A stretch of 35,655 nucleotides of DNA from Candidatus Hodarchaeota archaeon. Its GTDB lineage: Archaea > Asgardarchaeota > Heimdallarchaeia > Hodarchaeales > Hodarchaeaceae. The stretch lies in assembly GCA_016840035.1 (NCBI GenBank), contig JAEOTC010000162.1, positions 1 to 35,655 on the forward strand. The letters run 5' to 3'. A program made the translations under genes and the position numbers. Of the stretch, positions 8,860 through 18,216 are shown in pieces; the first letter of the stretch is position 1; each line of letters begins with the position of its first letter. The notes beneath the pieces are model-generated. The model ran no database searches, was not told the origin of the DNA, and saw nothing but the letters and a program-made list of their open reading frames with translations.

Positions 8860-9930
8860 ATGAAAATGCAAGAAGCTGGTATCACATATAAAAAAATTGA
8901 AGAAATCCTTGTAGCAAGTATTAGAACTGGAATAAAGTCTCCAGATGATATCGTAAATGCAATACATCGATTAGAATCAAAAATTCCGAAGGAAAAAATA
9001 AACGGAGTAGCTTTTAGTCGAACAATTTGGATTAGTTCTCTACCTCAAGATCAAGGAATAGAGATGGAAATTGGTTTTCCTGTTACTTCGGAATTTTCAG
9101 AGGGTGAAATTAAGTCAAGACTGGTTCCAGCAAGAGAAGTTCTATCAATAACTCATACGGGGACAATTGAACAGAAAAACAAAACTTCTAAGATATTATG
9201 GGATTATGTGCGAGAAACAGGATTTATTTCAGATGAGTTCTATTTTGAGATTTATCATGATTCAAATAATCCAAGCGGAGAAAGAATAGAAATCCAGTTT
9301 GTAATACACAACTGGCAAGAACTGTTTCATAGGCATACAGAACGAGTTTTAGGGACAGAAATTGCTGAAACTATTATCCCAGAGCCATTAGAATTGGAGG
9401 CGACTCTTGATTCCCGTTTGGATTGGGCAAAAAAGGCGATTGTTAAAGTGAATTGCCATGCTAATGATGATGCCACTTATGACATTCTCTCGAGTAGTGC
9501 TCATGTCTTCCCCTCTGAACCTATTGATAAAATGAGAATTACATATGAGACTGCAAGAAAGACCATGCCACCATTAGTTGCGATTGATCAGGTACTTACT
9601 ATGATGTCTCATGATAGAGCATGGGGAGATACGCCAATTAGGGATGGAAACATCCTGATTACAACAAAAAATCCAGCGAACAAAGAAGCATATGAAAAAG
9701 CAACTACAAAAGCAGAAAAACGACGCGCAGCATGCTTTTGTCCAATAATACGGAATCATCTTGATGATGATAATATTCCTAATGAATATTGCTTATGTAG
9801 TGCAGGTTGGTTTCGACGTCAATGGGAAGGAGCATTAGCACAACCTGTAAAAGTTGATGTATTGAAATCGGTTCTTCAAGGAGACGATGTTTGTCAATTT
9901 GTAATTCATATTCCAGAAAATCTAATTTAA
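8860..9930 (+). CDS. GyrI-like small-molecule-binding domain fused to a Cys-rich V4R/DUF6144-like domain
   Basis: N-half GyrI-like (IEMEIGFPV, VLSITHTG, LWDYVRETG, FEIYH, IEIQF). C-half CFCPII...YCLCSAGWFRRQWEGALAQPVKVDVLKSVLQGDDVCQFVI. GGTGA RBS at 8846-8850. Confidence 0.7.
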   Translation: MKMQEAGITYKKIEEILVASIRTGIKSPDDIVNAIHRLESKIPKEKINGVAFSRTIWISSLPQDQGIEMEIGFPVTSEFSEGEIKSRLVPAREVLSITHTGTIEQKNKTSKILWDYVRETGFISDEFYFEIYHDSNNPSGERIEIQFVIHNWQELFHRHTERVLGTEIAETIIPEPLELEATLDSRLDWAKKAIVKVNCHANDDATYDILSSSAHVFPSEPIDKMRITYETARKTMPPLVAIDQVLTMMSHDRAWGDTPIRDGNILITTKNPANKEAYEKATTKAEKRRAACFCPIIRNHLDDDNIPNEYCLCSAGWFRRQWEGALAQPVKVDVLKSVLQGDDVCQFVIHIPENLI

Positions 9931-9970
9931 GGATAAAAAATATAAACCAAGAGCCAGAAGCGTTAATGAT

Positions 9971-10417
9971 ATGCATTTAGAGCCAATTGGATATGTAAAA
10001 TCACCTGAATCTGATCAAATAGACCATGGTTGGGGGAAAATAATTTCTGAGATCCACTTAGAACAATCTTTTCGACCAGGGTTGTCTGGATTAGAGGAAT
10101 TTTCTCATGCACTGATTGTATTTCACATGCATAAAGCATCCATGAATATAGAAACAGACTTGGTCCGGAGACCACAGGGACGAGAAGATATGCCTAACTT
10201 AGGAATTTTTTCACAAAGAGCTAAACATAGACCAAACCCCATTGGAGTTACAACGGTAGAAATAATCTCGGTTGCTGACGGAGTTCTTAAAGTAAGGGGA
10301 TTAGATGCCATAAACAATACCCCCATTCTAGATATTAAGCCATATTTTCCCCAATTCGACAGAGTGGAGGCCAAGACTCCTGAATGGGTAAATGAGATCA
10401 TGAAGAATTACTTCTAA
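9971..10417 (+). CDS. trmO: tRNA (N6-threonylcarbamoyladenosine37-N6)-methyltransferase TrmO/TsaA family (single-domain form)
   Basis: LEPIGYVKSP, GLSGLEEFSH, GIFSQRAKHRPNPIG, GLDAINNTPILDIKPY. Confidence 0.88.
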   Translation: MHLEPIGYVKSPESDQIDHGWGKIISEIHLEQSFRPGLSGLEEFSHALIVFHMHKASMNIETDLVRRPQGREDMPNLGIFSQRAKHRPNPIGVTTVEIISVADGVLKVRGLDAINNTPILDIKPYFPQFDRVEAKTPEWVNEIMKNYF

Positions 10418-10505
10418 TGATCTCTTATTTTGAATCTCCAGCTCATAGGTCGCATATCTATAAGATTTTATATGTAATAAACCTCATCAAAATTTAGGTT
10501 CTAGT

Positions 10506-10766
10506 ATGAATCAAAATGAAATCCCACGAGAATTAGCAATCACCCTTTGTAAAGAAGTAAACCAAAACTATTCTACAAGCCGAATTAGATATTTGAAATT
10601 TGGTTACTGGCAATGTTGGGGTTGTCAGCGATTTGGTAATAAGGATGGATCATTTTCCAACATTTGTGCCCTAAATGAAGAAGACAACAGGGGATGTAGA
10701 ATGGTTAATAATATGCTTGAGAAGAAAAATCTGAAGAAGGGGACAAAAACAGAGATCATTCATTAA
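10506..10766 (+). CDS. Small Cys-rich hypothetical protein
   Basis: 86 aa, ATG start, C...WQCWGC...C-x8-GC pattern; the ORF fills the intergenic gap. Confidence 0.6.
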   Translation: MNQNEIPRELAITLCKEVNQNYSTSRIRYLKFGYWQCWGCQRFGNKDGSFSNICALNEEDNRGCRMVNNMLEKKNLKKGTKTEIIH

Positions 10767-10825
10767 CTTGTTTTTTCCAGATTTCTATTACCTCTGATTA
10801 CATCCATTTTTAAATTTTAATTCGA

Positions 10826-11362
10826 TTAGGGAAAATTCCTTTGACCAGCAGGGATTGGAACCTCTAGAAAGTTTTCAGGTGGAACTAGAGTGCAACTATA
10901 CCTATCATTAAAAGCACAATACGGGATGTAGGCTAAGTTAAAATCAATTCTGTATAAACCCTCATTAGTAGGTTCCAATTCAATATATCGACCTCCTCCA
11001 TACGATTCTGTCCCAGAGGTCTTATCTTTGAATGGAACAAAAAGATAATCATCGTCCAAGTGTTTAAAGACTGTTAAGCGATTTTTTGCTTTTTCGTGAT
11101 TAAATTCGAAATATCCATACCGTAGATATCTTCGTTCATCTCCCTTAGTCGCTAAAATGGTGATTTCCTCTGGATTCTCATATTTCTTAAGATTAACAGA
11201 GAGATTTAAGTTTTCCTTAACAGAAAAGTAAGATAAACCCATAAATGATTGTTTTTGCTCTATTGTTAACGGGGATTCATCAGAGGATTTAAAAAAGTTG
11301 TCCAGATTCTCTCTAATTTGATTTATTTCCTTTAAATATAAATTTTCGGTCATAAAAATCAC
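10826..11362 (-). CDS. DUF1684-family protein
   Basis: FFKSSDESPL, FMGLSYF, LFVPFKDKTSGTESYGGGRYIE, DFNLAYIPYCAFNDRYSCTLVPPEN. Confidence 0.9.
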   Translation of the reverse strand: MIFMTENLYLKEINQIRENLDNFFKSSDESPLTIEQKQSFMGLSYFSVKENLNLSVNLKKYENPEEITILATKGDERRYLRYGYFEFNHEKAKNRLTVFKHLDDDYLFVPFKDKTSGTESYGGGRYIELEPTNEGLYRIDFNLAYIPYCAFNDRYSCTLVPPENFLEVPIPAGQRNFP

Positions 11363-11540
11363 ACAGAGGGAGTGTCAAAGTTTGGAAGAAAAGAAAAAAA
11401 TGATAATTATAGATATTGTGGTATTTTCAGATGATCATCTTTTTGGGTCAATCTAGTAACTTTATAGTAGACTTCTTTACAATATTCAACAAAGCTTAAT
11501 AGTATGGAATCTTTGGATATGGAATAAATTTCTAAGAAAG

Positions 11541-13409
11541 GTGATTATGGTGCCGAGATCACAGAGATCTTGTACAATTCTTATACTTGGGATTTTAGTA
11601 CTTACAATAACAGGGTGTATAGACCCCACAGAGGAGGAAACGGAGGGGCCAAAGGAAGACCTATTTGATTATTATTTTAATGCTCCTACATGGGATGCAA
11701 CCTATATCAATGAGAGTATTATGGACCAATTTACCGCAGGGCTCAATCATCCTGATGAGTCAAAATTTAACATTTCTTCAGACGATCCTCATGATAGTAC
11801 TGCCCCCCCGGTATATTGGCGTTTAGGAAGTCTCAGTAATTATGAATATACAGGAAAAGTGCCCTATACAACTGGTTGGAATACTGGAATTGTATTCAAC
11901 CGGACGCTTTCACCAATCCCCAATGAACCTAATGATACTTTTTCAAATATACTTTCTTCTAGCTCTCGTACTGCAAGATTTCAAGTTGAAATGCCTATAA
12001 ATTATAATAGATCCACTTTAGCAACTATTCATCCGAATTTCCTACATTCATTACCCGTCCCTTGGAACGGACGGTATGGTTCATATGTTAGTTCAGATTC
12101 TATACAACTACTAGACGAAAATAGTGATTTAGTGTCACCATTATCCAAAAAAGTAGTCGAATCATATCCATCAATATTGTCTGGTGATCTTGCGGGTGTA
12201 TCATTGCAATTAGAGCTTGATGATTCAATCACAGGAATGGGAACCGTAAGATACACAGTTGATTATCAAGCACCAGATCTTCAGACCGTTGCAATGTACT
12301 CTTTATCCCGTTCGGAGGCAGATTATCTTAATTGTGGATTAAATGCCAATAGTTGGAATTCAATTAAATCTCTCTACTTACAACTTCCTGGGATCATACC
12401 TGTAGGTTATTCTACCTATCAGGGATGGGCACCAACGGTAACACAGAATGCTATCAACTGGAATGATTCTCTCCAAACTGTCTTTGAACAAGCCTATTCT
12501 AATTTAGTGAACCTTGGTAACATGTCAACTTTTACATTTGATATGGAAATGTGGCTTGCAAACCAGTATAATGTAGAAATGGATCATCCTGCCCAATATG
12601 AAGATTATAATGAATGGTTCATGCAACGAGGTTCAGGTGTATCAATTCATTTCGCTTCAGCGTTAACTACAATTAATAGACTGCAAAATATTCCTTCTCG
12701 TGTCGCAATAGGTTACTTGGTAGGGAATGATTCTTATATTTATGCAGGAAAGCGTGCCATATCTTCTCGATTTTTACATGCTTGGACAGAAGTGCTTGTT
12801 CCTATCGATCCGAATCCGCTCTTACCTGGTGATGAATATGTAGATTGGATCAGCTTCGATCCATTACTCCCTGTATTATCAGCAGAATATGGTATGGAAA
12901 CACCCATGGATGTCGTAACTCCAATGTATGCTGAGAATCATCTGTTTATTCGTTCAGATTATGATCTAGAAGGGAATGGATTAATCAAAGCCTATACTGA
13001 CCATGCATTGGCACAGATTACTGGAGAATGGATTTTTGAACGCTGTACAGTTAATAACAGTGTACTTGGCAACGGATCAGCCCTTCAACATGGTGAATCG
13101 ATTAAAATTTCCAGTCGGTTAATTGGTATATCGTCACCAACGCTTTGGTTTCCTGCTCAAGCAGTGAATGTGAGCTTTTATATTGGGGGGAAATATGATA
13201 ATCATTCTTTTTGGATAGAGGATGGCGGAACGTTTATCGGTAGTGTAATCACAGATTATCAAGGTATTGCGACTCTGTTCTACACCATCGACATTGTTTT
13301 TACCGGAATTCGAGAAATTAGATTCTGGACTGTAGTAACATTCAATGAAAACAGCCCCAATGAATATACACACAGAGCATGGTCACTCTGGTATGTTATA
13401 ACATTATAA
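11541..13409 (+). CDS. Transglutaminase-like domain lipoprotein (catalytic Cys replaced by Ser)
   Basis: Lipobox-type signal ILILGILVLTITGC; YWRLGSLSNY (TgpA-like); core GSGVSIHFASAL...IPSRVAIGY...HAWTEV...WISFDP. GGTGA at 11540-11544 suggests the start is 11547 or 11550. Confidence 0.8.
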   Translation: MIMVPRSQRSCTILILGILVLTITGCIDPTEEETEGPKEDLFDYYFNAPTWDATYINESIMDQFTAGLNHPDESKFNISSDDPHDSTAPPVYWRLGSLSNYEYTGKVPYTTGWNTGIVFNRTLSPIPNEPNDTFSNILSSSSRTARFQVEMPINYNRSTLATIHPNFLHSLPVPWNGRYGSYVSSDSIQLLDENSDLVSPLSKKVVESYPSILSGDLAGVSLQLELDDSITGMGTVRYTVDYQAPDLQTVAMYSLSRSEADYLNCGLNANSWNSIKSLYLQLPGIIPVGYSTYQGWAPTVTQNAINWNDSLQTVFEQAYSNLVNLGNMSTFTFDMEMWLANQYNVEMDHPAQYEDYNEWFMQRGSGVSIHFASALTTINRLQNIPSRVAIGYLVGNDSYIYAGKRAISSRFLHAWTEVLVPIDPNPLLPGDEYVDWISFDPLLPVLSAEYGMETPMDVVTPMYAENHLFIRSDYDLEGNGLIKAYTDHALAQITGEWIFERCTVNNSVLGNGSALQHGESIKISSRLIGISSPTLWFPAQAVNVSFYIGGKYDNHSFWIEDGGTFIGSVITDYQGIATLFYTIDIVFTGIREIRFWTVVTFNENSPNEYTHRAWSLWYVITL

Positions 13410-13556
13410 CACCTCTAGAAGAAGAAAATCAATCCTTGTGATTATTTGCATTTTTCTTTCTAATTCGAATAACCAAGAAAGAAACACTTACTAAACAAGA
13501 AAGAATCAAAAATACTTACTGATATTCAGAATTTTTACCATAATAAGGGATCAAAA

Positions 13557-13982
13557 TTGTCAAACATGGAAATTCCATTCAATATTGGATTTAAAATAGG
13601 AGAATTAAAGCGTCAAGCGGAAAACGTTGAACGATTTGCCAAAAATCCCTCAAAACAAAGACCACGTCTTGAGGTTATTCATGTGTTTGACAGCTTACGA
13701 TATATTCTTCATGAGATAGAGCTATTAAATATTTCTGAACCCGTGCTCGTTGAAATTCGTGACTATCTTGATGATCTAAGTGGAGGAAAGTATTCGGCAG
13801 CTATGGAAGAAGTAAAAGAGAAATCGGACGAAATGATTCTTGCTCGTATTAAAAAATCGTTGTATAATCGAATTAAATCAATGAATCGTGATATGAAGCA
13901 AGATGAGGCTCAAAAACTGTCTCTTAAGTTATCCCTTTGGCGGGATCGTATCAGTAATGACTTCACAAGAGTAGAAAGATAG
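13557..13982 (+). CDS. Hypothetical alpha-helical protein
   Basis: 141-aa ORF with a charged helical composition and no recognised motif. Confidence 0.65.
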   Translation: MSNMEIPFNIGFKIGELKRQAENVERFAKNPSKQRPRLEVIHVFDSLRYILHEIELLNISEPVLVEIRDYLDDLSGGKYSAAMEEVKEKSDEMILARIKKSLYNRIKSMNRDMKQDEAQKLSLKLSLWRDRISNDFTRVER

Positions 13983-14015
13983 TCGAGTCTTCACCTAGCT
14001 CAAAATAATTGGTTT

Positions 14016-14651
14016 TTACTTATCAAAGTAAGGAATCTGGTCTCCACGCCAAACGCGATAGACTTCAGGGATTCGTGAAACATGACCAGGATCAATATTA
14101 GTGGGTAAATCATCTTCATTAAACCATTTTATATCTAGAGACTCTTGAAGATGGGAAGGAGCGTCCAACTTATTATCATCCAAGGGTTTGCACAGAAATA
14201 CTATTTGATACAACTGCAAAGGATATGTTGTACCACAGAATCGAGAATCAAAAATTCCAACGAGAGCGACGACTTTGCATTTCAACCCTGTTTCTTCAAA
14301 CGTTTCCCTTATTACCCCCTCACTTGGAGTTTCCCCTACTTCTAACATACCTCCTGGCATTGCCCACATCTTATTATCAGAACGTTGAATAAGTAATATT
14401 TGCCCTTTCTCATTTATAATCGCTGCATCTCCACTCAATATTGGGCTTGGACGTGAGAAAAGAGTTTGACGAAGAGGAACCAGCTCTTCTAGTGACCAAT
14501 TAGTGGCAACAGTAAACATCTCCATAACTACATCTTGAATCTTAGTATATCTTTCCTGATCATACATGTTAGTAGAATATTGTAACCCCTGTGCAGCAAG
14601 ATCCCTAAGTTTATCAGCCCAGAGTGTAATCTGTCTTGTTGTTAACTTCAT
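14016..14651 (-). CDS. Nudix hydrolase with N-terminal helical domain (YjhB-like ADP-ribose pyrophosphatase)
   Basis: Nudix box GGMLEVGETPSEGVIRETFEETGL; N-terminal LAAQGLQYSTNMYDQERY. Confidence 0.9.
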   Translation of the reverse strand: MKLTTRQITLWADKLRDLAAQGLQYSTNMYDQERYTKIQDVVMEMFTVATNWSLEELVPLRQTLFSRPSPILSGDAAIINEKGQILLIQRSDNKMWAMPGGMLEVGETPSEGVIRETFEETGLKCKVVALVGIFDSRFCGTTYPLQLYQIVFLCKPLDDNKLDAPSHLQESLDIKWFNEDDLPTNIDPGHVSRIPEVYRVWRGDQIPYFDK

Positions 14652-14712
14652 TAGAATCTAACATCCGTTGCTAGAACTTAATTCATTAATTCGTTTAAAG
14701 AACTTAGTTTCT

Positions 14713-15762
14713 TCATGTATTTACTTGACGAATCTTTTTCCACAAAGTTGTGATGGAATATTTATCTCTCCAGATAACTCGCATGTAACACAAAAGACAA
14801 TTTATGCTTATAAAAACAAATAGAAAAGGGAAAATAAGGAAACCAGCATCCCCAGTCAGATCTAAGGGAATTTGAACAAGGATTTCATCCGAGATATCAT
14901 AGTAGATAACTGTCTGTTCACCTTGAAATAGGAAAGAGAGAATTGTCAATACAGTGAACAGATCCAAGTACATTATGGGAGTAAATGATTGGTTATTTAC
15001 AACGAAGCTAGCGAAAATACTTGTAATTGCGAGAAAAAATCCAAAAACTAGAATGCTTGAAAAGATTCGGTTAGTAAATAGGGAAGAGAAGGAGAGAACC
15101 ACAAGACTCAAGACAAAAACAACGATCTCTGCAAATACAATCACTCCAATCAAGACAGGGATTGCCTCCATAATATCAACGTTACTAATTCCGACAATCA
15201 GTAAACCCCATTCAATAATAGTTGGGATAACTAGTAGTAAATTACCAAAGAGAAGGATAGATCCAAATTTTCCGAATAGATATGTTCTCCGGGATATTTT
15301 AGATTCATAGATTTCATCCATTAAATTTCTTCGATCATCCGATATTAATCCCGCTCCCATGAGAATTAATCCAATTAGAAATAGAATGGAATACCCCGTA
15401 TCAAACATAGGATCGGTCTCATCAGGAGTTGCTATTAAAACCTGAAATCTAACAAAATTGCGGACAGTCCCCCATAAATGTTCCTCCAAAACATCATTAG
15501 GATTGGATGTCTGCCCTGAAGATAATGGGCCAAACAAAATCATGATATTAGAAAGAAGGTATAGAAAGAGAACTAAGGAAACTAATATTTTCAGGACTCG
15601 TGATCGATTCCACTGATGTTGAAGATTAACCAATGAAATAGTCCAAATTCTCCATATATTCCTCTTTCTGATTCCTGTAAAAGGCTTTAACTCAAATCTT
15701 CTGACGTAAGGCTCGTCCAAATATCCCCAATTCCATATGTAATTTGATTTAACATGAATCAA
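14713..15762 (-). CDS. ABC-2 type transporter permease
   Basis: About six TM segments and GAGLISDDRRN...ISRRTYLFGKF, the ABC-2 permease cytoplasmic loop motif. Start uncertain. Confidence 0.75.
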   Translation of the reverse strand: MIHVKSNYIWNWGYLDEPYVRRFELKPFTGIRKRNIWRIWTISLVNLQHQWNRSRVLKILVSLVLFLYLLSNIMILFGPLSSGQTSNPNDVLEEHLWGTVRNFVRFQVLIATPDETDPMFDTGYSILFLIGLILMGAGLISDDRRNLMDEIYESKISRRTYLFGKFGSILLFGNLLLVIPTIIEWGLLIVGISNVDIMEAIPVLIGVIVFAEIVVFVLSLVVLSFSSLFTNRIFSSILVFGFFLAITSIFASFVVNNQSFTPIMYLDLFTVLTILSFLFQGEQTVIYYDISDEILVQIPLDLTGDAGFLIFPFLFVFISINCLLCYMRVIWRDKYSITTLWKKIRQVNT

Positions 15763-15967
15763 TGCAAATGTAGTTTAAAAACTCTAAGCTTTCAATACCT
15801 AAGTTTTTCCCAGAGATGCTGGTTTGTGAAATAAACTACTCTAAATTAGATAAACGGCGACTAATCACTTTTGATAAAGTAAAACCGAGAATTGAAAATC
15901 TGTTCTAAAATATGGTTTTATATTATCCCTGACATTGTAATGATTGAAACAGGTTCTTGGTGATTCT

Positions 15968-17050
15968 ATGCTTGAACACGATCAACTGAGGAGTATTTTC
16001 CTTAAAAGTGTTTTAATGTTCTTGATAGTAAGTGCTATTACCCAAACTCCGATTAAAACTCATTTAATTACTTCGACAACTGGTAGTACTATGGATTCAG
16101 AACCTCTCATTGTACGAATAACTAATATCGAATGGAACCTGACAACACTTTACAAAGAATACAATACATTGAATATAACCCTCAATCTGACAATTGTATA
16201 CTTTAATGTTGAGATTGAGATCTGGAACCCGTCTTTCAACACTAAAACAGTAGAATTTCCTGATTCCGATGAGTTTTCTCCAATTATTGATGAGAATCTT
16301 GAAAATAAATCGCTTGATCTCACTCCTTTCTGGGGGAGCTTAACGGTTATTACTCCACGTAATTATACTACTGGTGTGATAACTAAATCATTCGCGTACC
16401 CATTCAGCTTTGAAAAACCCGGATTGACACAATTACCTAATGGTATCTATAGAATGGATTTAAAAATACCTACAACTTCTGGTACTGATGTGAGAATCAA
16501 TACTTATGGACTAGACATTAACGCTACAGACGAAGGTCATTCCATTGAGTATGATCCTTTTCCATACGAATCAACTGATATAAATGTCTCGTATATGGTA
16601 ACTTCATGTGAATGCGAAAATTATTCGAACTGGAATGAGGGAAAGGTTAATGTAACAGTGGAGAATCAGACAGTCTATTTTGAACAAATATTTATCTCCT
16701 GGTGCAACTTTGATAAACAAAGTCTGGAGATAAATGTATTTCAAGTCGGAGAGACATTGATCATTCAAGAAGACTATAGTTCTGCAATAATTACTGATTG
16801 TTTATGTGCCTATCAGGTCGTAGGGCAAATATCCAACCTTGAAGAGGGAAACTATTCCTTAATATTTCATTATCAGACTCTAACTCCATCTTTACAGGTA
16901 AGATTTACTTCTCTTTTCCCTATTTCGATTTCTGCAGGCCAAGATGAACTTTCACATGGTATTGTTGTACAATGGGAACTAATTCCAATCTTTCTCGGTA
17001 TTCTGTTCTCAGTAGAGCTCTTTGGTAGAGAGAAGAAGAGAAGAAAGTAA
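15968..17050 (+). CDS. Secreted/surface protein with C-terminal TM and basic tail
   Basis: N-terminal signal-like hydrophobic stretch, many N-X-S/T sequons, a Cys-containing second domain (CECEN, WCN, DCLCAY), and C-terminus WELIPIFLGILFSVELFGREKKRRK. GGTGA precedes ATG 15968. Confidence 0.7.
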   Translation: MLEHDQLRSIFLKSVLMFLIVSAITQTPIKTHLITSTTGSTMDSEPLIVRITNIEWNLTTLYKEYNTLNITLNLTIVYFNVEIEIWNPSFNTKTVEFPDSDEFSPIIDENLENKSLDLTPFWGSLTVITPRNYTTGVITKSFAYPFSFEKPGLTQLPNGIYRMDLKIPTTSGTDVRINTYGLDINATDEGHSIEYDPFPYESTDINVSYMVTSCECENYSNWNEGKVNVTVENQTVYFEQIFISWCNFDKQSLEINVFQVGETLIIQEDYSSAIITDCLCAYQVVGQISNLEEGNYSLIFHYQTLTPSLQVRFTSLFPISISAGQDELSHGIVVQWELIPIFLGILFSVELFGREKKRRK

Positions 17051-17199
17051 AAGGTACATAAATTTTACACTTCTATCGGGTTTAGATGTCCATATCCCAC
17101 TTTTACTTTAATAGCAAAGAGGAAAACCAAATGACTAACAGAGGGATTTATTATTTATTTTCAAGACAATCCTAACATATGGAAAGAGGTAGTTAAACT

Positions 17200-18141
17200 G
17201 TGGATCTATTAGATAAGTATCAATCTACCATCGACTGGTTACTAGAAGGAGATCCATCTATTAGATGGCAAACATACCGTGATATATGTAATTCCCCAAA
17301 AAAACAGATACAGAGTGAACGTTCAAAAATTGAATCGGAAGGGTGGGGAAAAACATTACTAGATAAGCAAGATCCTTCAGGAACATGGGATAATGGATTG
17401 TATAATCCAAAATGGACCTCAACAACTTATACATTGCTCTTATTACGAAGATTAGGTATAAACCCACTCAACAAACAATGTATAACTGGATGTCAAGTAT
17501 TACTCGATAATGGTCTCATGGAGGATGGGGGAATTAACTACTCAAGATCAAAAATTACAAACAGTGAAACCTGCATCACTGGCCTTGTTTTTGGAATTTT
17601 ATCCTACTTCAAGTATAAGGACAAACGATTAGATACCATCTTTTCGTATCTGGTTGAAAATCAAATGAAAGATGGAGGATGGAATTGTAGGTACCCATTG
17701 AAAGGGGCAACCCATGCGTCGTTTCATACTACTCTCATGGTACTAGAAGCCTTATTTGAATATCAAGAATCCTTTACTCAGAATTCTACTGAAATAGAGG
17801 CAATGCAAGAGCGAACACATGAATTTCTTTTACAACACCAACTCTACAAGTCACATAAAACGGGAGAAACAGTAAGTACGAAAATGACAATGTTGTCATT
17901 TCCTCCCAGGTGGTATTATACCGTTATTGCGGCTCTTGACTACTTTCAGAAGATAAATCATGAGAAAGATAGCCGTTTTACTGATGCTATCAGCCTAATT
18001 ACAAAAAGAGAAAAAAATGGGAAGTGGCCTGTTCAAGCTCCCATTAGAGGGAAAATTTGGTTTGAATTGGAACCGATACGACAGCCTAGCCGGTGGAATA
18101 CCTTAAGAGCCCTTAGGATATTGCAATGGTGGAACAGGTAA
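17200..18141 (+). CDS. Prenyltransferase/squalene-cyclase-repeat (alpha/alpha barrel) family protein
   Basis: WLLEGDPSIRWQ, QW-like repeats KQDPSGTW and NQMKDGGWNC, PKWTSTTYTL, SFPPRWYY, SRWNTLRALRIL. Confidence 0.7.
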   Translation: MDLLDKYQSTIDWLLEGDPSIRWQTYRDICNSPKKQIQSERSKIESEGWGKTLLDKQDPSGTWDNGLYNPKWTSTTYTLLLLRRLGINPLNKQCITGCQVLLDNGLMEDGGINYSRSKITNSETCITGLVFGILSYFKYKDKRLDTIFSYLVENQMKDGGWNCRYPLKGATHASFHTTLMVLEALFEYQESFTQNSTEIEAMQERTHEFLLQHQLYKSHKTGETVSTKMTMLSFPPRWYYTVIAALDYFQKINHEKDSRFTDAISLITKREKNGKWPVQAPIRGKIWFELEPIRQPSRWNTLRALRILQWWNR

Positions 18142-18216
18142 ATTAATGACAAAGAAGTTAATAGATTCACAAGGTTAACCAGTTGATCAGAGATACAATG
18201 TATCAGGTATGAATTA

